Below are positions 1 to 9,203 of a stretch of DNA of 64,000 nt, one piece after another. The stretch's first letter is position 1, and each line of letters starts with the position of its first letter. Both the position numbers and the translations under genes were made by a program. Origin of the DNA: a virus. A model generated the notes under the pieces. The model was not told the origin of the DNA, made no database searches, and was given only the letters and a program-made list of their open reading frames with translations. Where the stretch lies: the IMG/VR virus record IMGVR_UViG_3300014039_000006. One strand, written 5' to 3'.

Positions 1-1
1 C

Positions 2-1324
2 GGACGAAAAGCAGATACGACAGCCGGACGAAGAAGCACGGCAGAAGGATATAATACAACCGCTTCTGATACATACGCTCATGCCGAAGGGTATCAATCC
101 GTGGCAAGTAACATTTCAAGCCATGCCGAAGGGTACGACACCGAAGCAAGCGGGTATTATACCCATGCCGAAGGCTACGGAACAAAAGCTACAGATCAAG
201 GCGCACATGCCGAAGGATATTCAACAGAAGCATCCGGTTCGGACGGATCCCACGCAGAGGGTTACCAGACAAAAGCAAGTGGTTCAAACGCTCATGCCGA
301 AGGAAGAGAGACGGTTGCTTCCGGCACATATTCCCACGCAGAAGGATATCAGTCTAAGGCGACAAAAGGCGCCGCACACGCAGAAGGTCAAAAAACAACA
401 GCATCTGCTTACTATTCCCATGCAGAGGGCGAAGAAACCGTGGCATCCGGCTATGACTCCCATGCAGAAGGTCGTGGTGTTATTGCTAACGGCGAGTACC
501 AGCACGCACAGGGTAAATACAACGTTGAAGACACCAAAAACCAATACGCACATATTGTAGGCGGTGGAATAAGCGAAGATAGCCGAAAGAATATCCATAC
601 ACTTGATTGGAACGGAAATGCGGTGTTTTCCGGAGACGTGACAAATGGTGACGGCGTGTCCATGAATCAGTTAAAAAGTCAGATCGAAAGCAGTGGAAGT
701 GACCTATATACAAGCACCGGAATTAATATCGGAAGAAAAGGTGGAACAACAGCCGGAAGTCGAAGCAGTGCGTTGGGTGCTGAAAACGAAGCGTCTGGAA
801 GCTGTTCATATGTAGAAGGGAATAATTGCGTTTCGTCATATCAGAACACACACGCAGAAGGATATTCAACAAAAGCCACGGGAAACAATGCACATTCCGA
901 GGGGAGCGGAACAGAAGCGTCTGGAGAGCACTCTCACGCAGAAGGAACAAACACAAAAGCCAAAGGGTATGCTTCCCATGCGGAAGGAATTGAAACAATT
1001 GCAAACGGAAGCGGACAGCATGTAGGTGGAAGATACAATGTCGAAGATACTCAAGGACAGTATCTTTTCATTATCGGAAACGGAACAAGCGACACGGAAA
1101 GAAAAAATGCAATGACGCTTGATTCAAGTGGAAACGCTACGGTTAGCGGAAATATGATATGCAACTATACAGACGGTTCGCAAATATCAATGGTAGGCAT
1201 GAAAGCGCAAATGGACGGACAATACAACGGTCTTTCTTCTAGCTTATCTTCACTTAGTCAGGCGCTAACGGCGCTTACAGAAAGAGTAGCGGCATTAGAA
1301 GGAAATACAGAAACCACATCATAA
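2..1324 (+). CDS. Tail fibre / adhesin-like protein with Hep_Hag-type repeats (5' end outside window)
   Basis: The frame is open from base 2, upstream of the M at 101. Two blocks of ~14-aa xHAEGxxTxASGxx repeats each end in GxYNVEDT...RKNxxTLDxxGNAxxSG. C-terminal coiled-coil-like tail. Confidence 0.7.
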   Translation, partial: GRKADTTAGRRSTAEGYNTTASDTYAHAEGYQSVASNISSHAEGYDTEASGYYTHAEGYGTKATDQGAHAEGYSTEASGSDGSHAEGYQTKASGSNAHAEGRETVASGTYSHAEGYQSKATKGAAHAEGQKTTASAYYSHAEGEETVASGYDSHAEGRGVIANGEYQHAQGKYNVEDTKNQYAHIVGGGISEDSRKNIHTLDWNGNAVFSGDVTNGDGVSMNQLKSQIESSGSDLYTSTGINIGRKGGTTAGSRSSALGAENEASGSCSYVEGNNCVSSYQNTHAEGYSTKATGNNAHSEGSGTEASGEHSHAEGTNTKAKGYASHAEGIETIANGSGQHVGGRYNVEDTQGQYLFIIGNGTSDTERKNAMTLDSSGNATVSGNMICNYTDGSQISMVGMKAQMDGQYNGLSSSLSSLSQALTALTERVAALEGNTETTS

Positions 1325-1341
1325 AAGGTAGGTGATAGATT

Positions 1342-1650
1342 ATGAAACGAGGTACAACGCCAACACTTGAAATTGCGGTAGACGGAGTAAAAGTCGCAGA
1401 TTTGTCAAATATCTATGTCACGTTCAAACAGGATGATTTGATAATTACAAAGTCCGGCGAGGACATACAAGTGAATGAAGATGATAATTCGTTAGGAGTT
1501 TCTTTAAGCCAAAAGGAAACTCTTTTTTTTCGCCCAGGATTCGTTTACTTGCAGATGCGTGCGGTTACAAGTGGTGGAAATGCCATTGCGACAGATGTTC
1601 AGAAAATGGATGCATTGGAAATCTTGCAAGAGGGGGTAATTGACTTATGA
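1342..1650 (+). CDS. Hypothetical protein, tail-fibre module
   Basis: 102-aa ORF with an SD-like AGGTAGGTGA upstream, co-directional with the fibre genes. No motif recognised. Confidence 0.55.
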   Translation: MKRGTTPTLEIAVDGVKVADLSNIYVTFKQDDLIITKSGEDIQVNEDDNSLGVSLSQKETLFFRPGFVYLQMRAVTSGGNAIATDVQKMDALEILQEGVIDL

Positions 1651-1868
1651 GTTGTGGGTGTGGAATCAAACTGACGGTTTCTGAAAAATTTCAAGAAGTA
1701 ATTGGAACAGAAACCTACAAAGGGGATTACACCGTTATTCCCAAAGTGGAAGAACAAGTAATGGAGACAAAAAACAAAACCATGACCGACAATGTGAAAG
1801 TTTTGAAAATCCCTTATAGTGAGGTAGATAACTTGTCTGGCGGTCAAACAATTACCATAGGAGGTTAA
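1647..1868 (+). CDS. Hypothetical protein
   Basis: 73-aa ORF whose start overlaps the upstream stop (ATGA coupling). Confidence 0.45.
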   Translation: MSCGCGIKLTVSEKFQEVIGTETYKGDYTVIPKVEEQVMETKNKTMTDNVKVLKIPYSEVDNLSGGQTITIGG

Positions 1869-1872
1869 GAAC

Positions 1873-2445
1873 ATGGCAGTTAACAAAGTAGTTTACGGCG
1901 AAGAGGTACTTATTGATTTGACAGGAGATTCCGTTACAGAAGATACCCTTGCAAAAGGCATTACGGCGCATGACAAGTCCGGAGCGGTTATTACTGGTAC
2001 AAGTACAAAGGATGTGGACTCCACCGATGCAACGGCGGCAGTAGCAGAAATTCTTCTTGGAAAAACCGCATACGCAAGAGGTCAGAAGCTAACGGGTACA
2101 ATGCCGAACAATGGAGCGGTTACGGGAGAAATCACGGACAAAGATACGGATTACACAGTTCCTCTTGGTTTCCATGACGGATCCGGAAAAGTGGGAATTG
2201 CAACAGCAGAAAAAGCAAAGATTATTGCCGGAAACATTAAGCAAGGCGTAACCCTTCTTGGAGTTGAAGGTACATATTCCGGTGAGGGGGTAAATTTACA
2301 AGCTAAAACAGTTACTCCGTCAAAAACTGCACAGACGGTACAGGCAGATGCCGGATATGATGCCTTATCTTCTGTTACTGTAAATGCAATTCCTTACACG
2401 GAAACAGCTAATGCCGCCGGAGGAAAGACGGCAACAATCGGTTAA
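1873..2445 (+). CDS. Tail fibre-associated protein (shares N-terminal module with the next ORF)
   Basis: GGAGG SD. N-terminus MAVNKVVYGEEVLIDLTGDSVTEDTLAKGITAHDKSGAVITG parallels MAINKVEYSGNTLIDLTSDSVTPESLLSGVTAHDASGNLITG of ORF 2460. Confidence 0.6.
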   Translation: MAVNKVVYGEEVLIDLTGDSVTEDTLAKGITAHDKSGAVITGTSTKDVDSTDATAAVAEILLGKTAYARGQKLTGTMPNNGAVTGEITDKDTDYTVPLGFHDGSGKVGIATAEKAKIIAGNIKQGVTLLGVEGTYSGEGVNLQAKTVTPSKTAQTVQADAGYDALSSVTVNAIPYTETANAAGGKTATIG

Positions 2446-2459
2446 AGGAGCAATGGATT

Positions 2460-3299
2460 ATGGCAATTAATAAAGTGGAATATAGCGGAAATACATTAAT
2501 TGACTTGACTTCTGACAGCGTGACACCGGAATCTTTGCTTTCCGGTGTCACTGCGCATGATGCGTCAGGAAATTTGATTACAGGAGAACTTAATCCGCAA
2601 AAAATATTTGATAATGCCGGATATCACAACAGTATTTTTCGCGGAAAGAACTTGGGAACGTCTGTCACGGAAGAACAATACGAAGCTATTTCTTCCGGAG
2701 AGTTCACAGATTTATTTGTTGGCGATTACTGGACTTTGAATAACGTAGTTTACCGTATCGTCGGCTTTGACCTGTTTTTACATACAGGAGATACAGAACT
2801 TACAACGCATCACGTTGTTATTGTTCCTGATAAAAATATGTACAGTCACGCGATGAACGATACAAATGTGACTACAGGTGGTTATTATAACAGCAAAATG
2901 AAACAAAGTGGTCTGACACAGGCTCTGACTACGGTAAAGGCGGCATTTGGTGAAAGTCACATAGTAAAAAGAAGAGTAATTTTGACGAATGCCATAAGTG
3001 GAGATAATCCATCCGGATGGGCGTGGTACGATACCTACATTGACCTTATGACAGAACGGCAGGTATATGGATCTCCTGCATGGGGACAGGCGGCACATAA
3101 TGGATATGATGCCGGATGTGAGTATTCAAGACTCCCATTGTTTACACTTGCACCGGAATTTATCACAAATAGAGCATGGTATTGGCTGCGAGATATCCGG
3201 TCGTCGTCTGCCTTCGCCGATGTCGGCAGCCTTGGCGGTGCCGACGGCGCCGGCGCGTCCTACTCCGGCGGGGTTCGCCCGCTTTTTTTAATCTCTTAA
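2460..3299 (+). CDS. DGR target protein 1 (putative receptor-binding protein with C-terminal variable region)
   Basis: AAGGAG SD. The C-terminus WYWLRDIRSSSAFADVGSLGGADGAGASYSGGVRPLFLIS is encoded by VR1. Lies directly upstream of avd-TR-RT. Confidence 0.85.
   Translation: MAINKVEYSGNTLIDLTSDSVTPESLLSGVTAHDASGNLITGELNPQKIFDNAGYHNSIFRGKNLGTSVTEEQYEAISSGEFTDLFVGDYWTLNNVVYRIVGFDLFLHTGDTELTTHHVVIVPDKNMYSHAMNDTNVTTGGYYNSKMKQSGLTQALTTVKAAFGESHIVKRRVILTNAISGDNPSGWAWYDTYIDLMTERQVYGSPAWGQAAHNGYDAGCEYSRLPLFTLAPEFITNRAWYWLRDIRSSSAFADVGSLGGADGAGASYSGGVRPLFLIS
3194..3281 (+). repeat. DGR variable region VR1
   Basis: Colinear with TR 3901-3988. All 21 mismatches are at TR adenine positions. Confidence 0.9.
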
Positions 3300-3309
3300 T
3301 CGTCAATCG

Positions 3310-3326
3310 CCGCCCCGTGTGGGCGG
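3310..3326 (+). promoter_or_regulatory. GC-rich hairpin downstream of VR1 (DGR target-recognition-type element)
   Basis: CCGCCC-CGTGT-GGGCGG lies 29 nt after the VR1 end. The same CGCCC-CGTGT-GGGCG core follows VR2 and VR3. Confidence 0.65.
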
Positions 3327-3349
3327 AGTTGACGGAGAAAGGAACATAT

Positions 3350-3877
3350 ATGTCAGAAATACCAAAGTCAAGAAGAAAAGAATCAAAATTAGAAGTAATC
3401 CACAAAGCATATAGACTACGTTCAAGAATAACAAATGAGCTAATATGCAGTTTCGGATATTCTCAAAAGAAATATGAAGCACATTTAAACAAGGCGGTAA
3501 GACATATTCGGGATGAAACAGAACGTAAGGAGAAGAAAGAAGTTTTACGCAAAATGGAAGAAAACTTTGATTTCTGGATTATTGAAAAAGAAAGAGATGA
3601 TATCCTGCATTACACAAAAGGGATCGTAAATCATCTTATATCTGCAAACACGATATATCCGGTCAACGTACCGGAATATGAAGAGCGAAGACTGGAAATG
3701 GACAGGGCATTAGTGTGTTGCACGTGTCTTCAACAGGAATTGCAGTACATTGCAGAAGTTCTTCCGTCCGACAAGAATAAATACATGAACATAGTGCTTG
3801 AAATTCAAACGATTCGAGAAATGATAAAGGGACTTCGACAATCTGACAACAGATTTTTAAGAGATATTAAGAAATAA
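3350..3877 (+). CDS. avd: Accessory variability determinant (Avd)-like protein
   Basis: 175-aa basic, helical-looking ORF between the target gene and TR, with a GGAGAAAGGAA SD. ATG at 3350 is chosen because the upstream part of track ORF 3176 overlaps VR1. Confidence 0.7.
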   Translation: MSEIPKSRRKESKLEVIHKAYRLRSRITNELICSFGYSQKKYEAHLNKAVRHIRDETERKEKKEVLRKMEENFDFWIIEKERDDILHYTKGIVNHLISANTIYPVNVPEYEERRLEMDRALVCCTCLQQELQYIAEVLPSDKNKYMNIVLEIQTIREMIKGLRQSDNRFLRDIKK

Positions 3878-3900
3878 GAAGTATGTTAGGGTAACCTTTG

Positions 3901-3988
3901 TATCCAGTCGTCGTCTAACTTCGCCAATGTCAACAACAATGGCAATGCCAACAACAACGACGCGTCCAACTCCAACGGAGTTCGCCCG
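3901..3988 (+). repeat. DGR template repeat (TR)
   Basis: Contains 26 adenines and reads as AAY-rich SSNFANVNNNGNANNNDASNSNGVRP. Matches VR1, VR2 and VR3. Confidence 0.9.
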
Positions 3989-4029
3989 ATTTCACAACTA
4001 CCTACTTGACATAGATTCTACTGGTAGCA

Positions 4030-5346
4030 ATGGGAAAGGAAAGGTTATCCATTCAGTGGAAACTGATAAAAGAAAATTCCGATATACTAAGTTACGACAA
4101 GGTATTAGAAACGGGGTTAAATATGAATCCATTAATAGATGCGAATAGTTTATATGACGCCGGAACACTTGCAATAAAAAGCAGCAGCTTCAAGTACAAA
4201 ACACAATTATTTGAAATGAACCATCTTTTGGAAACTGCATTATTGCAGAGAGAATTGCAAGAAGGAACGTATAAGCCGGAAAAAGGAACAAAGTTTCTGA
4301 TCCATGAAAGAGGAAAAATCAGATACATCACAAGCAACACGATGAGGGATAAAACGGTTAACCATGTGTTGTGTGATGAAATCGTCATACCATCCATAGA
4401 AAAGTACTTGATTTACGACAACAGCGCTTCGCAGAAAGGCAAGGGAACTTCTTTTGCCAGAAAGAGACTGGAAGAACACTTGCACAGTTATTATAGAAAA
4501 TATGGAACTAATGACGGCTATATCTTGTTGATGGATTTTTCTGGTTATTATGCAAATATTCCACACGATAAATGCAAGGACATTCTGTATAGAATGGTTT
4601 TCCGAGACGGACTTGAAGAAGAACCGACCAAAACAGTAATTGAAAATATTTTTAAATCCTACGAAATGGATGTTTCCTATATGTCTGATGAAGAAATAAA
4701 AGTCTTGTATAGCACAAAGGTAGATCCTGTAATGAACCAAAACGTTCCGAAAGAATTGCTTACAGAACAAAAGATGCTAAAGAAAGGAGCGGACATAGGA
4801 AATCAGCTTGCTCAAGCAATAGGAATTACTTTTCCTTATAAGATTGATAATTATGTGAAAATCGTAAGAGGGTGCAAATTTTACGCCAGATATACGGATG
4901 ACAGCTATATTATTTCGAGCGATAGGGAATTTTTGTTTGATGTTTTGGACGGTATTAAAGAAATTGCGGATGAACATGGAATCATATTGAACAAAAAGAA
5001 AACGAGGATAGTAAAGATTTCCTCGTTTTTCAGATTTATGCAGATAGGATATTCCCTAACTGCCACAGGAAAAGTGATAAAGAAAATAAATCCTAAAAAT
5101 GTGAGAAGGGAAAGGGTGAAGCTGAAAAAATATAAAAAGTTGTTAGATAATGGAAAAATGACATATGCAGACATAGAAAATTGCTTTAAGTCTTGGATAT
5201 GTACATACTGGAAAATTATGTCGCACCAACAATTATACAATATGAACGCCCTGTATAAGGAGCTGTTTGGAAAGGGAATAAAATGGAAAACGAAAAATTC
5301 ACGATTACATTGGTTGATGGAACACAGTTCACCGGACTTTCAATGA
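4030..5346 (+). CDS. DGR reverse transcriptase
   Basis: RT motifs: LLMDFSGYYANI, NSASQKGKG (SQ motif) and the catalytic YTDD box (ARYTDDSYII). Immediately downstream of TR. An alternative start is at 4123 (MNPLID). Confidence 0.85.
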   Translation: MGKERLSIQWKLIKENSDILSYDKVLETGLNMNPLIDANSLYDAGTLAIKSSSFKYKTQLFEMNHLLETALLQRELQEGTYKPEKGTKFLIHERGKIRYITSNTMRDKTVNHVLCDEIVIPSIEKYLIYDNSASQKGKGTSFARKRLEEHLHSYYRKYGTNDGYILLMDFSGYYANIPHDKCKDILYRMVFRDGLEEEPTKTVIENIFKSYEMDVSYMSDEEIKVLYSTKVDPVMNQNVPKELLTEQKMLKKGADIGNQLAQAIGITFPYKIDNYVKIVRGCKFYARYTDDSYIISSDREFLFDVLDGIKEIADEHGIILNKKKTRIVKISSFFRFMQIGYSLTATGKVIKKINPKNVRRERVKLKKYKKLLDNGKMTYADIENCFKSWICTYWKIMSHQQLYNMNALYKELFGKGIKWKTKNSRLHWLMEHSSPDFQ

Positions 5347-5582
5347 ATGGTAACTGCTTCATTAGTAGTACGGAGATTGAGAAAGACAAACTTGCCGATG
5401 ACAATCTTTTGACTGTCACAATTAACGAAGAAACGTATGAGAATATGACTTGCGACAATCTTTGGGAGGATAATGGAGAATGGTGGTTTATCTTGCGTGA
5501 AAAGACCACAGAGGAACTGAAAGAATTAGAACTGAATGCAAAGATTGAGTTCTTGATGGCGATGCAGGGGGTAATTGAATGA
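5283..5582 (+). CDS. Hypothetical protein
   Basis: 99-aa ORF overlapping the RT 3' end in another frame. No motif. Confidence 0.45.
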   Translation: MENEKFTITLVDGTQFTGLSMNGNCFISSTEIEKDKLADDNLLTVTINEETYENMTCDNLWEDNGEWWFILREKTTEELKELELNAKIEFLMAMQGVIE

Positions 5583-5713
5583 GCAAAAATTTTAAAAAAG
5601 TACAAATGTACTACAAGATGGGTATTTACAATAAGCAGATAGTTAAAATGCTCGTATGGAAGCTGATTACTTCCGACGAGTACGAATTAATCACCGGAGA
5701 AAAGTATGAATAA
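5579..5713 (+). CDS. XkdX-like small phage protein
   Basis: 44-aa ORF not in the track: MSKNFKKVQMYYKMGIYNKQIVKMLVWKLITSDEYELITGEKYE. The ending ITxxEYxxITG is typical of the XkdX family. ATGA-coupled to the upstream ORF. Confidence 0.55.
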   Translation: MSKNFKKVQMYYKMGIYNKQIVKMLVWKLITSDEYELITGEKYE

Positions 5714-5945
5714 TCCAGAAGAAAAATTTACAAGATCTGATGTGGAAATAGCGATAGAAGAAGCCATTGACAGTTATACATTGCGCCTTATGGTTGCGGA
5801 TAGTAAAAAACCCGATCTGCTTATTCAATCGTACAAAAGATTGCATGAAGATGGAAAGATATTAAAGAAAGATCTTCTTGATCGTGTAATGTGGGAAATC
5901 ATTACACAGGAAGAATACAATTACATAACCGGACAGGAGGTATAA
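5706..5945 (+). CDS. Hypothetical protein with XkdX-like C-terminus
   Basis: C-terminus EIITQEEYNYITGQEV. Position just before the holin. Confidence 0.5.
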   Translation: MNNPEEKFTRSDVEIAIEEAIDSYTLRLMVADSKKPDLLIQSYKRLHEDGKILKKDLLDRVMWEIITQEEYNYITGQEV

Positions 5946-5949
5946 GTAT

Positions 5950-6315
5950 ATGGAAGAATGCATTAAATTAATTGCTGTATTGGCAATCCTAGCGTTGGCA
6001 AACATTGTCGGCGGTGTGGTAAACAATGTTAAGTTAAAGAAGTTTTCTTTCAGCTGGAAAAAACTGCTGAATGGAGTGATTCAGTTTTTAGGAATTGGAT
6101 TTATGTTTGTAGCGTTGGCATATTGCATAGAAACCATTCCAGAAATTGGAAATGCTCTGGGCGTACAACCCAAAACAATGATATTAGCTGCTATTACCAT
6201 ATATGCAAAGAAGATTTTCGAGCAGCTTAATGATTTTATCAATTTAAAGAAGGAAATAAAGGCAAATTCGGAAGAAGAAAAAGAAGAAGTAGACACAGAA
6301 TATATGGATATGTGA
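5950..6315 (+). CDS. Holin
   Basis: 121 aa with three hydrophobic segments and a charged C-terminal tail. Directly precedes the endolysin. GGAGG SD. Confidence 0.7.
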   Translation: MEECIKLIAVLAILALANIVGGVVNNVKLKKFSFSWKKLLNGVIQFLGIGFMFVALAYCIETIPEIGNALGVQPKTMILAAITIYAKKIFEQLNDFINLKKEIKANSEEEKEEVDTEYMDM

Positions 6316-6325
6316 GGTGGCAGAT

Positions 6326-7531
6326 ATGGAAGTAAAAGAGTTTATTGATAAAATTGCAGAAAAAACCATTGCATCTTGCAAGGATGTAAACCTGTTGCCG
6401 TCACCGTCCATTGCACAGGCAATTATAGAAAGTGCGCATGGGACCAGTCAGCTTGCGGTAGAAGCTAATGCGTTGTTTGGAATTAAGGCAGACAGTAGAT
6501 GGAGTGGAAAAACGTATCAGAAATCCACAAAAGAATTTCAAAACGGACAGTATGTTGATGTTGTGGCAAAATTTCGAATGTATGATACATGGGAAGAGTC
6601 TATTGAAGATCACGCACAGTTTCTTATAAAAAACAAAAGGTATTCAAACCTTGTAGGAGTAACGGATTACAAGGAATACTGCAAGTTGATAAAGGAAGAC
6701 GGATATGCTACTTCGCCTACATACATCCAAACACTTATTGATTGCATTGAAAAATACAACCTCACGCAGTATGATACCGATGAGGACCAGGAGGAAAAGC
6801 CGAAACAACCGAAAAAGATTCGGTCATTCAATGTTCATGCTGGGCATAACCCTAGCGGCAAAGTTGCTTGCGGTTCGGTGGGTTATCTGAACGAGTCCGA
6901 TGAAAACCGGAATGTCTGCAATGGATTGATTGAAAAAATCAAGAACGCCGGACACGTAGTTTATAACTGCACCTGTGATGACGGTACAAGCCAAAAAGAT
7001 GTATTGCAAAAGATTGTAGCAAAGTGCAATCAACATACGGTTGATCTTGATATTTCCGTTCACTTCAATGCCTTGTCAAAGGAATACATTTCAGACAGTA
7101 AGACAAAGGGCGTTGAGGTGTGGATTCATCCGAATAACAAGGGAAAAGAAGTTGAAAAAACTGCACAGGCAATTTGTGACAGCGTAGCCAAATTGGGATT
7201 TACAAACCGTGGCGTCAAGTATTCTGACGGTCTTTATGTTCTTAAGAACACAAAATCTCCGGCGATGCTGATTGAGTGTTGCTTTGTAGACGATGTAGAC
7301 GATTTCCAGCTTTATGAATGTTCCAAAATGGTACAGGCTATTTATGACGGTCTTTCCATTGAAACAGTGGAAGATAAGGAAGAAAAGAAGTTGTACTATG
7401 TCATTGCCGGTGTATATTCTTCGGAAGAAAATGCAAAGGCATTTGCGGAATCACTTGCAAGCAAGGGTTACCTGATGAATGCAGACGGCAACCTCATCCG
7501 TGGAATTACAACGCAGATTAAAGAAATGTAA
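6326..7531 (+). CDS. Endolysin (glucosaminidase + N-acetylmuramoyl-L-alanine amidase + SPOR-like domain)
   Basis: N-terminal LPSPSIAQAIIESAHGTS (glucosaminidase-type). Central HAGHNPSG...VHFNA (Amidase_3-type). C-terminal YYVIAGVYSSEENAKAFAESL (SPOR-like). Confidence 0.8.
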   Translation: MEVKEFIDKIAEKTIASCKDVNLLPSPSIAQAIIESAHGTSQLAVEANALFGIKADSRWSGKTYQKSTKEFQNGQYVDVVAKFRMYDTWEESIEDHAQFLIKNKRYSNLVGVTDYKEYCKLIKEDGYATSPTYIQTLIDCIEKYNLTQYDTDEDQEEKPKQPKKIRSFNVHAGHNPSGKVACGSVGYLNESDENRNVCNGLIEKIKNAGHVVYNCTCDDGTSQKDVLQKIVAKCNQHTVDLDISVHFNALSKEYISDSKTKGVEVWIHPNNKGKEVEKTAQAICDSVAKLGFTNRGVKYSDGLYVLKNTKSPAMLIECCFVDDVDDFQLYECSKMVQAIYDGLSIETVEDKEEKKLYYVIAGVYSSEENAKAFAESLASKGYLMNADGNLIRGITTQIKEM

Positions 7532-7537
7532 GAAAAT

Positions 7538-7568
7538 GGGGATGTCATTACGGCATCCCCTTATTTTT
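7538..7568. terminator. Bidirectional intrinsic terminator between the lysis genes and the repressor
   Basis: GGGGATG-N9-CATCCCC followed by TTATTTTTA. Convergent genes lie on both sides. Confidence 0.7.
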
Positions 7569-8361
7569 ATCTCACGCCTAAAGTCCCGTCAGAATTTAGA
7601 AATCCGACAATATATCCGATTTTATCATCAATGTCCCTATCTTTAAATACAAGGTTGCTATTGATAACGGAAATGTATTCCCATATTTTCTTCCCATTGA
7701 CAATTCTATGAGTTTTCTGCACCAGATAAATATATCCGTCAAGGGTAACAATGCATAATTCATTGTCAAGTGCGTCACGGTCAGCAGAAATCAAGATAAT
7801 TTCACCTTGCATAAAATGTGGCATATAATAGTTACACGGCATTTTCAAACCGCAGTAAACCTTATTTCTGATGGATTCGGGTAAGTCATTGATGCATAGG
7901 GTTTCCGTGACATTGGTTGTCATTAAGTGGCTGTCGAGATATTTGGGAGTAAAGACGGAAATGTATTTCTTCTTCCATTCAAGTTTCGAGTATATTTTCT
8001 GCTGATGCCGGATAAAATATCTCACCATGTACAAGGAATGTTCCGGAAGTGTTTTGCATATGGCAATAGATTCTTGCGTAACCGGGTTGATGCAATTTGC
8101 GCCAATCAAATCGTCAACACTGATTTTAAGAGCCTTTGCAATGGAAACGACCGTTGATAGCTGAATATCCTTTTTCCCCTTATCATAAAGGATATTATTT
8201 AGCGTTGCGGTAGATATTCCGGTAATTTCTGCAAACTCGCTTTGCGTCATATCCGGTTGCCCGGTATACAACATGATGTTGTTTCTCAAATTCTCAATAC
8301 AATTTTCTGAATCATTTGAGAGTTTTGTCGATAAATAACGTATTCTTTCTTCTGTTAACAT
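7567..8361 (-). CDS. CI-like repressor (XRE HTH plus C-terminal domain)
   Basis: HTH segment MTQSEFAEITGISTATLNNILYDKG...VVSIAKALKISVDDLIG. 264 aa, divergent from the early genes. Confidence 0.7.
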   Translation of the reverse strand: MLTEERIRYLSTKLSNDSENCIENLRNNIMLYTGQPDMTQSEFAEITGISTATLNNILYDKGKKDIQLSTVVSIAKALKISVDDLIGANCINPVTQESIAICKTLPEHSLYMVRYFIRHQQKIYSKLEWKKKYISVFTPKYLDSHLMTTNVTETLCINDLPESIRNKVYCGLKMPCNYYMPHFMQGEIILISADRDALDNELCIVTLDGYIYLVQKTHRIVNGKKIWEYISVINSNLVFKDRDIDDKIGYIVGFLNSDGTLGVR

Positions 8362-8711
8362 AGTTTTCCCCTTTCACAAACGTGTTAAGATGTAAGTGTC
8401 TTCCATGAAAGGAAGATACAAGTTCCGGTTTGAGGGCGGTGTTTATTGGCGTTTTCACCGTCCTCATTTAAAAATATTATAAATCGGCGTAAAAAATCTC
8501 ACAAGAAAAGATCATGTAAAATATTGCATTATGTGATAAATTGTTTGATAATTTAATTGTGTAAAAAGGGAATTGGGAGGTGCAAAATGGAAGAAGAGGA
8601 TTATAAAAACAAAATCATTAAAATGATTAATGAAATGGAAAACGAAGATTTTCTTTTCAAAATTTATCATTATATAATTCCAAAATATAAGAAAGAAAAA
8701 GAAGCAGGAAA

Positions 8712-9080
8712 TTAATCCTGCTTCTTATATTTTTCCGACATTCCTTTAGCTATCTTTCTAAGAGCCTTCTTACTGTCTTCATCAAGTCCCATATAAACTG
8801 TAATTAAAGACTTTATAAAATCATCATCTGAATCATCGATCTCGGAAAGCAACTCTGTAAAGGTTCCGTCCTTTTCTTTGTAAACGTTTCCAGTGCCATT
8901 AATCAACCAATCTTCATTGACATTAAATTCCTTGCATATCAAAGCAAGAGTCTGATCTGAAGGAAAATTTTCTCCGCTTTCTATTTTACATATTGCAGAT
9001 CTTGAAATTGATAATTTTTTCGCAAATGCATTTTGACTTAATCCAGAATCGTTTCTGATTTTTTTGATTCTTTCATTCAT
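8712..9080 (-). CDS. XRE-family HTH repressor
   Basis: MNERIKKIRNDSGLSQNAFAKKLSISRSAICKIESGEN. AAGGAGG SD before the ATG at 9080. Confidence 0.8.
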   Translation of the reverse strand: MNERIKKIRNDSGLSQNAFAKKLSISRSAICKIESGENFPSDQTLALICKEFNVNEDWLINGTGNVYKEKDGTFTELLSEIDDSDDDFIKSLITVYMGLDEDSKKALRKIAKGMSEKYKKQD

Positions 9081-9113
9081 AACACAACCTCCTTTCTGAA
9101 AATATATTAGCAT

Positions 9114-9203
9114 ACAATGTTCATTTAGTCAACATAAAAGTATTGACACATATCATTTAATGTGCTAATATGTGTACATCAGATGAACAAAGGAGGTGGA
9201 TTT
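9114..9203. promoter_or_regulatory. Divergent early promoter/operator region (genetic switch)
   Basis: TTGACA (9143-9148), 17 nt, TAATAT (9166-9171). Inverted GTTCAT...ATGAAC elements flank it. Lies between divergent genes. Confidence 0.55.

Larger units (their letters stand above)
2460..5346 (+). mobile_element. Diversity-generating retroelement cassette (target/VR1 - hairpin - avd - TR - RT)
   Basis: 88-nt TR/VR pair differing only at TR adenines. An Avd-like ORF and an RT with a YTDD box sit in the canonical order. Confidence 0.9.

Noticed and set aside
284-1054. Several minus-strand and alternative-frame ORFs inside the tail-fibre gene (284..598, 451..663, 486..713, 723..1004, 866..1054, and 81..560 on +)
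   Set aside because: They are shadows of the repetitive HAEG-repeat coding frame. They have no SD sites and lie entirely within a longer, motif-bearing ORF.
3176-3349. N-terminal extension of the Avd ORF, plus ORFs 3067..3291 and 3163..3405
   Set aside because: They read through VR1 and its GC hairpin in other frames. The Arg/Pro-rich translation is typical of GC-rich non-coding or out-of-frame sequence. The ATG at 3350 has a proper SD.
3927-4148. ORF translating the DGR template repeat
   Set aside because: TR is a non-coding RNA template. The ORF has no SD and overlaps the RT start region.
8362-8586. Hairpins upstream of the CI-like repressor (TCTTCC-N6-GGAAGA; 10-bp stem GAGGGCGGTG / CACCGTCCTC) as a riboswitch or sRNA
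   Set aside because: I recognise no riboswitch consensus. They are more likely ordinary leader or terminator structures between two minus-strand repressor genes.
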